A DNA stretch of 64,000 bases from Octopus sinensis (lineage: Eukaryota): positions 23,188,001-23,252,000 of the forward strand of contig NC_043004.1 of the NCBI RefSeq assembly GCF_006345805.1. The letters are read 5' to 3'. A program made the translations under genes and the position numbers. The notes under the pieces were generated by a model. The model saw only the letters and a list, made by a program, of their open reading frames with translations. It made no database searches and was not told the DNA's origin. Positions within the stretch are counted from its first letter, which is position 1. Each line of letters begins with the position of its first letter. Positions 1-12,134 of this stretch are shown here, one piece after another.

Positions 1-89
1 GAACTATTTTTGCATTTTTATTTATTTAGAACAATTTAGTCAGCAGACAGGATTCAAAATACTTTATTTTTCCATTTTTCTGACTTTTC

Positions 90-901
<812 letters not shown>

Positions 902-1067
902 GAAAACGGGATTCATGCAAATATTGATTATTGAAAATAATTAAAATATCGATGCAGTTGACTTGTGTCTTTCAGTTTTAATTGGTCCCTGATTAATATT
1001 CACACTAGGGACAAGTTTTCGATTTCGAGATGTATGGCTTTTCGCCAACATTATAAACTATTGTTAT

Positions 1068-1275
1068 TTGGCAGAATCGTTAGCACGCCGGGCGAAATAT
1101 ATCGCGGCATTCGTCCGTCTTTACGTTCTGAGTTCACATTCCACCGTGAACGACTTTTCACTTCATCCTTTCAGAGTCAATACTTTAAGTGCAAGTGAAA
1201 CATTAGGGTCAATTCAATCGACTAGTCCCCTCCCCACAAAACTTCAGGCATTGTGTCTTTAGTAGAAAGGATTAT
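1068..1275 (+). mobile_element. tRNA-derived SINE, family A (short tail ending AGTAGAAAGGATTATT)
   Basis: TGGCAGAATCGTTAGCACGCCGGGCGAAAT head, GTTCTGAGTTCA B-box-like motif and CTTCATCCTTTC central domain; the family recurs many times in the window. Confidence 0.85.
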
Positions 1276-1310
1276 TACTATTTTCATCGTTATTATCATC
1301 ATCATTATTA

Positions 1311-1351
<41 letters not shown>

Positions 1352-1353
<2 letters not shown>

Positions 1354-1855
1354 GGCGGTGATCTAACAGAATCCTTAGCACGCTAGGCAAAATACTTAGC
1401 GGCCTTTCGTCCTTCTTTACGTTCTGAGTTCAAATTTCACTGAGGTCGAATTTGCCTTTCATCTTTTCGGGTAGATAAAGTAAGTGCCAGTTGAGCACTT
1501 GGGTCGATGTATCCGACATAGTCCCTACCCCGATATTGCTGGCCTTGTACCAGTTGAACAGTAGGTTCGAGGTATCAATTAGCCCTCCACTCCCCCAAAT
1601 TTCAGGCCTTTTTCTCTATAATAGTAAGAACTATCAAGATATCTGGTGATAAGCTTGTAGGATATGCAGAACAAAATGTATAGCATCATTTCCTCCTTCT
1701 CTAACTTGTGACTTTAAATTCCGCCGAGCAGCTTTGCCTTTCATCTTTTCGGGGTCGATAAAGTAAGTACCAGCTGATAACTGAAGTCGATGTAATTAAC
1801 TAGGGCCCCCTCCTACACAAAATTCAGATCTTCTGCCTATAGTAGAAAGGATTAT
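1352..1855 (+). mobile_element. Cluster of SINE family A copies/fragments following a (TTA)n run
   Basis: AAGGCGGTGATCTAACAGAATC head at 1352; GCCTTTCATCTTTTCGGGGTCGATAAAGTAAGTACCAG at ~1735; tail ending AGTAGAAAGGATTATT at ~1855. Confidence 0.8.
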
Positions 1856-2480
1856 TTTTATTATGATAACACATAAATTATTCAAGCGCATATCCAAATG
1901 CACTAACGGTTCGCTGACATATTGTTTCCAATACTTACACACTGTTCCGATGCTGCTACTACAACTTGAACTCACCTCAAATATCTTCTGAAAGGAACAA
2001 TAAAATAACTAAGAGGTGGGGAATACATTATGCTTTAACATAGGCAACATTATAGAATGTGTCATAGATGTCATTTGGTGATAGTAAACTATTCAATAGC
2101 AAATATATTGGCTAAACAATCGATATTCAAGAGTGTCTAGGTATTGAATAAGTGTATTGTATTTTTTTTCTTTTTATTTCCTTTCTCCTATAACACATAA
2201 AATAGATCACAGGATTACTTCTGCTACAGACATAATGGAGGGTGTTTTTTCTTGTGTTTGTTTGTTTTTTGCTTTTTGCCATGCAGTACTTCTTACACCA
2301 CTTTTCAGAAACCACGCTCCAACACTATACACCCCCACCCACACACACACATATATACATACATACATACATGCATACACATATATATATATATAGATAG
2401 ATAGATAGATAGATAGATAGTTAAGTGGTACAACAAGGCACCAATATGCTACAATATATGTATGTAAATATATAATCTCT

Positions 2481-2567
<87 letters not shown>

Positions 2568-2880
2568 AACCGTTTACGTCATGTGTGTTTTACAAACTTT
2601 CCAGCGAATGTGGATTAATTCGTTTTTCTTTTGTTTTTGTGGTGGAAGGGAGTGGATGCTCGAAGCACAAAAACCTTATCTTATAGAGGGTTTTTCAACA
2701 CTATATTTACATGTTATTATTTATCACTTTGTGTGCTTCAAGATTCACTGTTCTGGGAAAGAATTATATATATATAAAGTTCATACATACGGTAAAAGAG
2801 GCAAATAAGAGATAATTTCACGAACACCACTCATTTGTTTTCCACTCAGAAAAACTGTGAGAATTGATTAAAATGTCATC

Positions 2881-3039
2881 TCGGATAGTTTCTTTACTTG
2901 CCATCGGGTTTAGAGTGGGAAATGATGGCGGACAACGAAGTAAAACTGAGAACGAAAAGTCGGTGGTCGTGGTTGAAATGCTAACGATGAGCATATAGCT
3001 TAGAGCTTAAACCCGATGGCAAGTAAAGAAAATATCCGA
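2881..3039. repeat. 32-bp inverted repeat enclosing ~95 bp (small MITE-like/hairpin)
   Basis: TCGGATAGTTTCTTTACTTGCCATCGGGTTTA (2881-2912) vs TAAACCCGATGGCAAGTAAAGAAAATATCCGA (3008-3039), 1 mismatch; no TSD seen. Confidence 0.8.
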
Positions 3040-3428
3040 AATATAATTCTAATCAATTTTCACTGTTTCTCTCAGAGTAAAACGAATGATTGGTGTTCGT
3101 GGAATTATCCCTTATTTGCCTCTTTTACCGCATGTATGTACACACACACACGCATATATATATATATTAGAAGAAATGAGGTAATCAGAAGATCGGATGG
3201 TTCATATTTACAGATATTTATTTATATATTACATTTTTTACATATATATATCTCATATCATTCAGATCATATCATTCAGATTATTAGCGCTTTCTCCCAT
3301 TCTAGTGGGGTTTTCAAATCAAATTAATTCCTTTGTGGGGAATTTGATCATTTTATAGAGTTTCGTAGTAGTGGGGAGGAACAAGACAGTATAAGAGGGT
3401 GAGGTGGATGAGGAGGAAGTGAGAGAGA

Positions 3429-3498
<70 letters not shown>

Positions 3499-4042
3499 GT
3501 ATGTATATATAATTCTTTTCTAGAATAGTGAATCTTGAAGCACACAAAGCGATAAATAATAGCATGTAAATATTGTGCTGAAAAAAAGCCTTTATAGCAT
3601 AAGTTTTTCTGTGCTTCGAGAATCCACTCCCTCCCACCACAAAATAAAACGAATTAATTCACATTCGCTGGAAAGTTTGTAAAACACATATGATGTAAAC
3701 GATAGATAAACAGAGAGAAATAGGGTAAGAGAGAGAGAATGAGAGATTATAGATTTACATACATACAAATATACATACAGAGAGAGAGAAAGAGAAAGAA
3801 ATAATGAGAGGGTATAGATTTACAAGAATATTGGTGACATAGTCAGCCTTCCTCGAATACTGTGATGCAGACTAGGAAGCCGAAAGTTCAAGGTCATTGT
3901 CACCGTTCTCCAAATTTATAACAGATATACTCTCAAGAAATTATATTAACTAATCTTTCAGTTTAATGTGAATCTTTTATTGTCTCACGACATGAATTCA
4001 AACATTAAGTTGTGTATGTATGTATATAGGTGTATGTATATG

Positions 4043-4118
<76 letters not shown>

Positions 4119-4282
4119 AGAAGGATGACCACTAAGTGGACATCCATTATGCTCGAGGTAGATCCCATAATGGTCTGACCACTAAAAAATAATTGTTGTC
4201 AAGAAAATTCAGCAAACGCTAGAACGTAAGAGAGCAAGACAAATGAAAAGTTACAAAATATAAAGATTAATCACAAACCCGG

Positions 4283-4471
4283 TTTCATTGTTATCACTTG
4301 CGTAATACTTACGTAAATATCCGCAATTCGTCAGTGCGATCGTCATAGCAAAATATAATTTGAAGAACTATACACGAGACGTATAGTTCTGCAAATTATA
4401 TTTTGCTATGACGATCACACTGATGAATTGCGAACATTTACGTAAGTATTACGTAAGTGATAACAATGAAA
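4283..4471. repeat. Long foldback inverted repeat, 91-bp arms, 7-nt loop
   Basis: Arm 4283-4373 is the reverse complement of 4381-4471 with 6 mismatches by eye; loop ACGAGAC. Confidence 0.92.
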
Positions 4472-4688
4472 TCAGGATTATGACCCCATCCTCACGAAAT
4501 TGAGGATGGGGTCATAACTCCAAAACATTGAATACAGTGTAAGTCTACATTAATTCACATATTTTGTTTGTTTTTATGATTTACCTTGCATTTGCTTTGC
4601 ATTGTTTTGGCCTTACCCACGATCTTTTATACAATATATTCTACACAATGCTTCACAGTAATTATCCATATATTTATATATATGCGTA

Positions 4689-4756
<68 letters not shown>

Positions 4757-5155
4757 AGTACACAAATATTCGTATGTATATATATGTGTGTGCACGTCTG
4801 TGAGTGTTTGAATACCATTTTCAAACGGCAGCTTTTGGCATTTATAGTTTATAATTAAACGAACATTCTGGTTTTTCTTCGCTTTTAGTTATATCAAAAC
4901 ACCAAACACATAATTTTTATCTTGAGTAGACATTACAATTTTTCGTGAATACAAGCTCACCAGTAAGTAAATACAACATGCTTCTGATATATCAAATTTG
5001 TATATTTTTTAATCATCCTTCTCGTGTAATGTTCCACTCTTCCCTACTGGAGATCTACATTTTCCTACATATCACATGTTTGTGCGTGTGTCTGTGTGTT
5101 TGTGCGCGTGTGTGTTCTAATGTATCTACGCATATAAGTATGTGTGCTGATATAC

Positions 5156-5236
<81 letters not shown>

Positions 5237-5439
5237 ATATATATACCTTACTTAGTCTCTGTTTTATACTAGACAGTTAATACAGTTTTCGTCAGAATCA
5301 TACAGCAACAAAGAATTGCTAAAGTGAATAATGCCGTTGGGAAAAGCATGCATGTTTAACTTTTCTATCATTTACATAGAATATGAGAACTTTTATGTTT
5401 TATCAAAAAGAAACACTAACCCTGTATATATAGAGAGAG

Positions 5440-5960
5440 GATGGGCCAAAATTAGTGCCCCAACTTAATGGGTCTATTAGTTCTGTAGTTTCTTGATGCC
5501 TGCTGTTATTATTTCTATATGTCATTGATTATTCGACGTGACGAATTTTGTATGAGAATGCTTGCAGAAGCCAGAGATTCAAAATGTTTTGATCGACTCA
5601 TTTTCTGTGATGAAGCGACCTTCAATGTTTCCAGTCACATCAAGCGCCATGACTGTTTCTATTATTCAGATGACCCTGAAGTGGTTTGGGAAATGCACGT
5701 CATATCCCCTTCTCTTGTCATTTGGAAGGCGATATTGTCTTCAGGAATTTGTGCATTCCATATTCAAAGAGAGACGATGAATGATGACCGTTATCTGGCG
5801 TCGTGTGAAAATATCATCTAGCCGTATTTTCGATACCGTCATTCGAAAATCTTTGTGCAAGATGGAGCACCTCATCATAATGACAAACGTGAAAGAAACT
5901 TGCTCAATCAGTACCTATGATATCCTTGGATTTTCAAAAACTCAAGCTGGAGAACTAATT
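5440..5960 (+). pseudogene. Degenerate IS630-Tc1-mariner superfamily transposase fragment
   Basis: ORF 5519-5821 contains LIFCDEATFNVS..IKRHD..Y...P..V.E.H...P.LVIW.AI...GI; a shifted frame gives FVQDGAPHH (~5850-5878). These are the first two acidic catalytic motifs of DDD/E transposases. Confidence 0.75.
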
Positions 5961-5994
5961 TTGATTCACTCTATATATATATATACTCTTTACT

Positions 5995-6214
5995 CTTTTA
6001 ATAGTTTCAGTCATTTGACTGCGGCCGCGCTGGAGTACCGCCTTTAATCGAGCAACTCAACCCCAGGACTTATTCACTTGTAAGCCCAGTACTTATTCTA
6101 TCGGTCTCTTTTGCCGAACCGCTAAGTAACGGGGACATAAACACACCAGAATCGGTTGTCAAGCAATGCTAGGGGGACAAACATAGACACACAAACATAC
6201 ACACACATACATAC

Positions 6215-6215
<1 letters not shown>
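5995..6215 (-). mobile_element. SINE family B 3' half (microsatellite-containing tRNA/CORE-like SINE)
   Basis: Reverse of CTTGACAACCGATTCTGGTGTGTTTATGTCCCCGTTACTTAGCGGTTCGGCAAAAGAGACCGATAGAATAAGTACT...GCAGTCAAATGACTGAAA; homologous to 27290-27470 and 48420-48620. Confidence 0.85.
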
Positions 6216-6246
<31 letters not shown>

Positions 6247-6248
<2 letters not shown>

Positions 6249-6804
6249 CGTAAGGTGTACTAGCCATCTGCTTGTGGCTAGCCACTGGGGGTGGGGTGTT
6301 ACTGATGCTTTTAGTCCCAGGCGATCAACGTCACCAGATGGACTTTAGACACAAAATTTCAGTGCCCTTGTGTTATTTGCAAAGGGAGGTCATCCTCCCT
6401 CGAAAACCTAAGTGATACATACGGACTATAGTTTCAAGGTATTTGCCTCTCGTCAACGCATGGTAAACACCGGTTTTCGATGAAGGAGACCCTCTGCAAA
6501 TAATATTTAACGTTTTTCACAGCAACCACAGTCACTGATTTAGAAAAACTGTCTGAAAGCATTAATAAATCTCTGAACGAGATATAAACAGTACCGCTCG
6601 ACAACGTAAGGTGTACTAGCCATCTGAATGTGGCTAGCCACTGGGGGTGGGGTGTTACTGATGATTTTAGCCCCAGGCGATCAACGTCACCAGATGGACT
6701 TTAGACACAAAATTTCAGTGCCCTTGTGCTATTTGCAAAGGGTGGTCATCCTCCCTCGAAAACCTAAGTGATACATGTGGTTGCTGTGAAAAACGTTAAA
6801 TATT
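6247..6804 (-). mobile_element. Non-coding hammerhead-bearing element 1 (retrozyme/Penelope pLTR-like), 356-nt period
   Basis: 6247-6420 is repeated at 6603-6776; 6776-6804 is the exact reverse complement of 6502-6530; a hammerhead motif lies at 6418-6462. Confidence 0.8.
6418..6462 (-). ncRNA. Type I minimal hammerhead ribozyme (U3-G8 core variant)
   Basis: Minus strand: CAUGCG-UUGACGA-GAGG CAAAUA CCUU-GAAAC UAUA GUC^-CGUAUG. Stems I and II pair and stem III is the palindrome ACUAUAGU. Predicted cut between 6424 and 6423. Confidence 0.8.
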
Positions 6805-7019
6805 CTGATTGTCATAAGTTTCTCTTAGAAAAACTTTTAAATACGTGAGTGTGTGTGTGTATGTGTGTGTGTGTGTGAATATATCTATATGTCTGTGCGG
6901 TGGAGTATACATAGTAATTCCATGATAGTATTACATTTATTCCTTCACTGCGAGTGTTTCAACAAGACACATAATACAAATATAGGTATAGGTTTTAAAC
7001 GCCAGCAACTTCAGGGAGG

Positions 7020-7185
7020 TGTAAGACGATTACATCGACACCTGTATTCGAATTTTACTTATTCTATCGGCCCCGAAAGGATGAAAAGCAAAACCGAGCT
7101 TGGCGAAATTTGAAATAAAATTCGAACGTAAAATCGGAGGAAACGCCGCTAAGCATTTTAACGATTCTGCAAGCTCGCTACCATA
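7020..7185 (-). mobile_element. SINE family A
   Basis: ACTTATTCTATCGGCCCCGAAAGGATGAAAAGCAAAACCGAGCTTGGCGAAATTTGAA ... ACGATTCTGCAAGCTCGC is the reverse of the family consensus. Confidence 0.8.
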
Positions 7186-7262
7186 AATGATTGGATAATT
7201 CTACGGTATATTTGCTAAGTGATGCATGTTCATCTCGTTAGTCGATTTCACAGTAAAGAATA

Positions 7263-7761
7263 GAAATATCATTATTTCTAATTCTCTCTGAAGGAGACTA
7301 CGGCAGCGGTACTGGATATTAATAGTTATCGCCAAGCTAACATGGCAGTCCAGATATATAGGATGAATGCTGCCGTTGATTATCTTGTTAGCTTGGCGAT
7401 ATCTATTTAATATCTAGTACCACTGCCGTAGTCTCCTTTAGAGAGAATTAGAAATAATGATATTGCTATTTTTGAAAACCAGTGGATGTATTCCACTGAA
7501 TTTAGGTAAATGATCCTTCGAACAGTCGGTCTGCAGCGACACCTGCTGGATTCGGCTACTCCACATTGATAAGAGGCAAACACCTCGAAACTAGTCTGTG
7601 GATGCCATACCAGCAAGGGGAAGCTGCTGACCTACCCTGTTCGAAGGTTATAATGGACACTGGTTTGTGTGTCACATAGCTAGCTAGAGGCGATGGCCTC
7701 TAGGAGCTATTCGTCCTATTCATCTGGACTGCCATGTTGGCTTGGCGATAACTATTAATAT
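7263..7761 (+). mobile_element. Non-coding hammerhead-bearing element 2 with 13-bp TSD, ~349-nt period and 5' inversion
   Basis: ACAGTAAAGAATA flanks it at 7250-7262 and 7762-7774; direct repeat 7386-7414 vs 7735-7761; 7265-7368 is an inverted copy of internal sequence; hammerhead at 7560-7602. Confidence 0.82.
7560..7602 (+). ncRNA. Type I minimal hammerhead ribozyme (U3-A8 core variant)
   Basis: UCCACA-UUGAUAA-GAGG CAAACA CCUC-GAAAC UA GUC^-UGUGGA. Perfect stems I and II, palindromic stem III ACUAGU, predicted cut after 7596. Confidence 0.85.
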
Positions 7762-7889
7762 ACAGTAAAGAATATTATCAGTTTATGTATTTATCATTTC
7801 AACTGAGCCAATCAGGCTATCGTCTCACTTCCGATGTGTTTTAAACAATTACACTGACCACAGTATTTAGTATGCTACTTTTAATAATT

Positions 7890-8065
7890 CTGGCTACTAG
7901 AGGCACAAGGGCCGAAATTTGTGGTTGAGGATAAGTCGACTGCATTGCTCCATTGTCACTTATTTTATCTACCATTAAGGATGAATGGCAAAGTCAACCC
8001 TGCTGGAATTTGAACTCAGAGCGCAATAAGTTGTCTGTAATGCTAACGATCCTGCCCACTCGGCA
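7890..8065 (-). mobile_element. SINE family A, degenerate
   Basis: GGCACAAGGGCCGAAATTT...AGGATGAATGGCAAAGTCAACCCTGCTGGAATTTGAACTCAGA...GCTAACGATCCTGCC. Confidence 0.75.
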
Positions 8066-9036
8066 CCTTGGTCTGCTCCTCATTATGCTGACAGCTTTAT
8101 CGAACATCTGAATCTGCTCTAATCTCATACACACCTTCCTCTTTTTCTATACTTTAATACCAGAATATATTTACACTGGTGTACACCTACAAATATACAC
8201 ATTTATGTGTTGTGTGTGTATACGACGAACTTCTCTATAGCTTACATCTAAGCCAGTTCAATCATACGGCATTAACTAACTCAATGTCACGATAGAAACC
8301 GCCAGCAGATAAGGTTCGACGCAACCGAATCGAACTCATACCAGCCGGGTTACTAAGTGTGCCACTCAGGCACACATCTATGGCATCTTGTAAACATTTT
8401 AGATAATTTTCATACCATATGTATTCTTTTGCCAAAATAACGGGTTTGTTTTCTGTTTTGTCTATAGATATTATCCCTCTTTAACACTTATCATTTTTTC
8501 ATAGTCCATGCTTTTCCAACTAAATATCGTTTCCTTGAACAACCAAGTGTGTTTCTTTCTGCATGACCAACGAAGTTAAAGATGAATACGATAGCCACCT
8601 TGCTTTAGAGTTTAGAAAGAATATTTAACATTTTTAGCATCTTTTGTTCCTGCTTTATTTTGTTTTTGTTTTTTGGGGTTTTTTTGCATAATTTCGGTAT
8701 TTCATGTTTTTCCATTCAATTATTCATTCTGGTAAAATTGTATGTGCATGTATGTTTTTCGGCATATTGTTTGATCTTTTAACAGCATTTAATATATACT
8801 TGATGCATATTTTAACTAGAAATTGCTAAACATTTCGAATGCGAAAACTTGCTATAGGCCATAATAACATAAGTCACTTAGGAAGGAGTTTATATTCTCT
8901 TCTGCTTTTCTTCATCTTTTTTTTGTGATATCCATTCACCATTTTAGCAGCGTACTTTTTGCTCAAAATATTTCCAATACAGATTTGTAACTTATATATG
9001 TGTGTGTGTATGTGTGTATGTATGTATGCATGTATG

Positions 9037-9065
<29 letters not shown>

Positions 9066-9105
<40 letters not shown>

Positions 9106-9224
9106 ATATATATATATATATGCGTACGTATGCAGGTTATATATATATATATATATATAATAGATATAAATAATCGCACGTATACAAACACATATATCTA
9201 TATCAGTATCTCTCTCTCTCTCTG

Positions 9225-9300
<76 letters not shown>

Positions 9301-9362
9301 ATATATATATATATGTATATATATAAATATGCATGTATATAAATATATGTATATATGTATAT

Positions 9363-9422
<60 letters not shown>

Positions 9423-9438
9423 TGTATATTTATATATA

Positions 9439-9513
<75 letters not shown>

Positions 9514-9628
9514 ATATATATATATATGCGTACGTATGCAGGTTATATATATGTATATATATATATAATAGATATAAATAATCGCACGTATACAAACACA
9601 TATATCTATATCAGTATCTCTCTCTCTG

Positions 9629-9704
<76 letters not shown>

Positions 9705-9767
9705 ATATATATGCATGTATATAAATATATGTATATATGTATATATATAAATATGCATGTATATAAA

Positions 9768-9821
<54 letters not shown>

Positions 9822-9825
9822 TGTA

Positions 9826-9889
<64 letters not shown>

Positions 9890-9890
9890 T
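9066..9890. repeat. Tandem duplication (~405-bp period) of a compound microsatellite block
   Basis: The unique anchor GCGTACGTATGCAGGTT...AATCGCACGTATACAAACAC...CAGTATCTCTC occurs at 9122 and 9528. Confidence 0.85.
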
Positions 9891-10947
9891 GTGTGTGTGT
9901 GTATTTATATATATACGTGTTTCTATTAATCATTGATTCCTTTTCTTAAACTAACTGCACAGCTGGTATTATGCCATTATCACCTAACGCTGCAATATAT
10001 AGAATTTACCTTGCTCAACCTTCATATTTACCATATTTTTACTAAACGCTGTCTCCATTTTCTGCTTCACTCCAAATCTCTTTACTTTTCCTACAAAGCT
10101 ATGAATCCTTATTACATACTCTCTGATACTGTTGCTGTCACGTCTTTTTGTTTTCTTTTTGTTTTCTTTTTTGATATATACTATATACACCTGTTTTGTC
10201 TGTAGCAATATTTCTATTCAAGTGTCGATATCACAGAGAGAGAGGCCACCTGACTCCAGCCGTAATAGTAGACGAATGCTAAAAGTGAAAGGTTTCAAAT
10301 CACAATCGTATAATTACTTGTCACGTGATCTTTTTTTAGCCGTAAGTCTGAAACGTCTCTTCAAATATACAGACTTATTATTTACAAAATGTATAGGGAA
10401 ACAATCATTCACTTATACCGAGTTTTAAACTAGTTTCTTCAAACAATCTCAGTTCCATGAATTAAGTGAAATACAGCGAGGTGCGACTCTATGTATTCGT
10501 AAGCTATATCATGACCAATGCTATATCTAAGTGACATGACAGTAACTTCCTCTTTTCAAATGGTAAGACGACTGTAACGAAATCATTAAACTGACAAAAG
10601 ACAGGACATGTGTAGATGTTTGCGGCCAAATTGCCGATTGTAAAGTTTACACTTTCAACTTAATGTCCTTAGAGAGGAAGGGTAACAGAGTAATAGAAAA
10701 AGACATGCAAATACAGATACAGATGAAGTAACATATCCATACGCATGTGTACACACACGCCTACTAGCAACTTTGTCCTGTCTTCTAGGGGTATTTACCC
10801 AATTTTCTAGATTGTTTTCACAGCTCCCGCGTTCAAAATTTAGTTTATTTTCTGTAACACGCACACATACACACACATTTACATACATACATACACACAT
10901 ACATATATACATACACACATACATACATACATACATACATACATACA

Positions 10948-10981
<34 letters not shown>

Positions 10982-12134
10982 CATATATGATATGTAGCTG
11001 GGTGCTTAGACCCAGTAGTTATTATTTTGTCATGTTCTCACATCACATAATTAGCCGGGAATTTGGACATTGCTATCTCAGCAGACTTTTGCTGTAGGTG
11101 TATTAGCCTAAAGCAAAAGGAGCAACTAAAGCAACTAACGATATTGTTTCCGTCTGATTTATTCATATACACGCTGTCTCAGTAATTTTGTTCGCTTATA
11201 TACACTTGCAGAGAAAGTAATGTTATGCAAATGTATCAAATCAATGCCTGTTATTCATAGCATTTTATCATAAGTAACCTTAATTTCTCTCTCTTTCTCT
11301 TTTTCTCTCTCCTTCTCTCTCGCTCTCTCTCTCTCTCAGTACAAAATTCATTCTGAGGTTTGAAATATTTTATCAGATATATTTAAAACTTTTTAAAAGC
11401 TAACAAATAGAAAACAAAGAAATTTCTACTATTCTGTGTCAAGCTTTCTCTTCGCAAATAAACTACTTAAAGTAGATTTTATGGGAATAAAAAACTACTT
11501 GTGAAGATAAATAAGAAACATTACAATAACAATAGCTATATTGATTGTTTCTAACAAAAGTATGAAAACTATTGTTTTAGAAAAAAATGGAAATACGTAG
11601 TTCTAACGTTATTGTGATTATTATGGACATTAACAACGGAACGGGATTGGAATGTTGCCATCAGAGAATCGAATATATTTCTTGAACTCGTATTGCCAAA
11701 AGCGTACATCTTTTCTACGAATGGAACTTTAATGGCACTGAAAAAAATATGACTTCTTTCACCGGAAAAAAACTGGTTTGGAAGAACATAGGGAAGAATA
11801 TTATAGTTTTTAACCATTTCATACGTTTCATTTGTAATGTGTTGCTGACATAAAATAAGATATTTCTATTTGAAACTCTGCTGGTGTTTTTCGTCACTAA
11901 CTTCTGTCATCTACTCATTAGCATTCGCCCCATAACTTTGTACAAATATTGATTTCTGTGTTGAGGACGAAGGTTCAGGTTCAAAAGGAATTAAACTATA
12001 TATATTTTATCAGGCCTGGAGGAATGGCAGGCAAATTAACTCATCGTAACTATAAAGCATCAAAGAACTTTACATGGCAATAGAAGTCTTGTAATTCATC
12101 TCTTCTATCAATCTGGCATATCAGTACAGACTGT

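Noticed and set aside
6247-6776. CRISPR-like or LTR-retrotransposon interpretation of the direct repeats
   Set aside because: Only two long repeats in eukaryotic DNA; no spacer array, no TG..CA termini, PBS or internal ORF.
12006-12095. Possible exon after TTTTATCAG (PGGMAGKLTHRNYKASKNFTWQ*)
   Set aside because: No recognisable homology and no linked exons.
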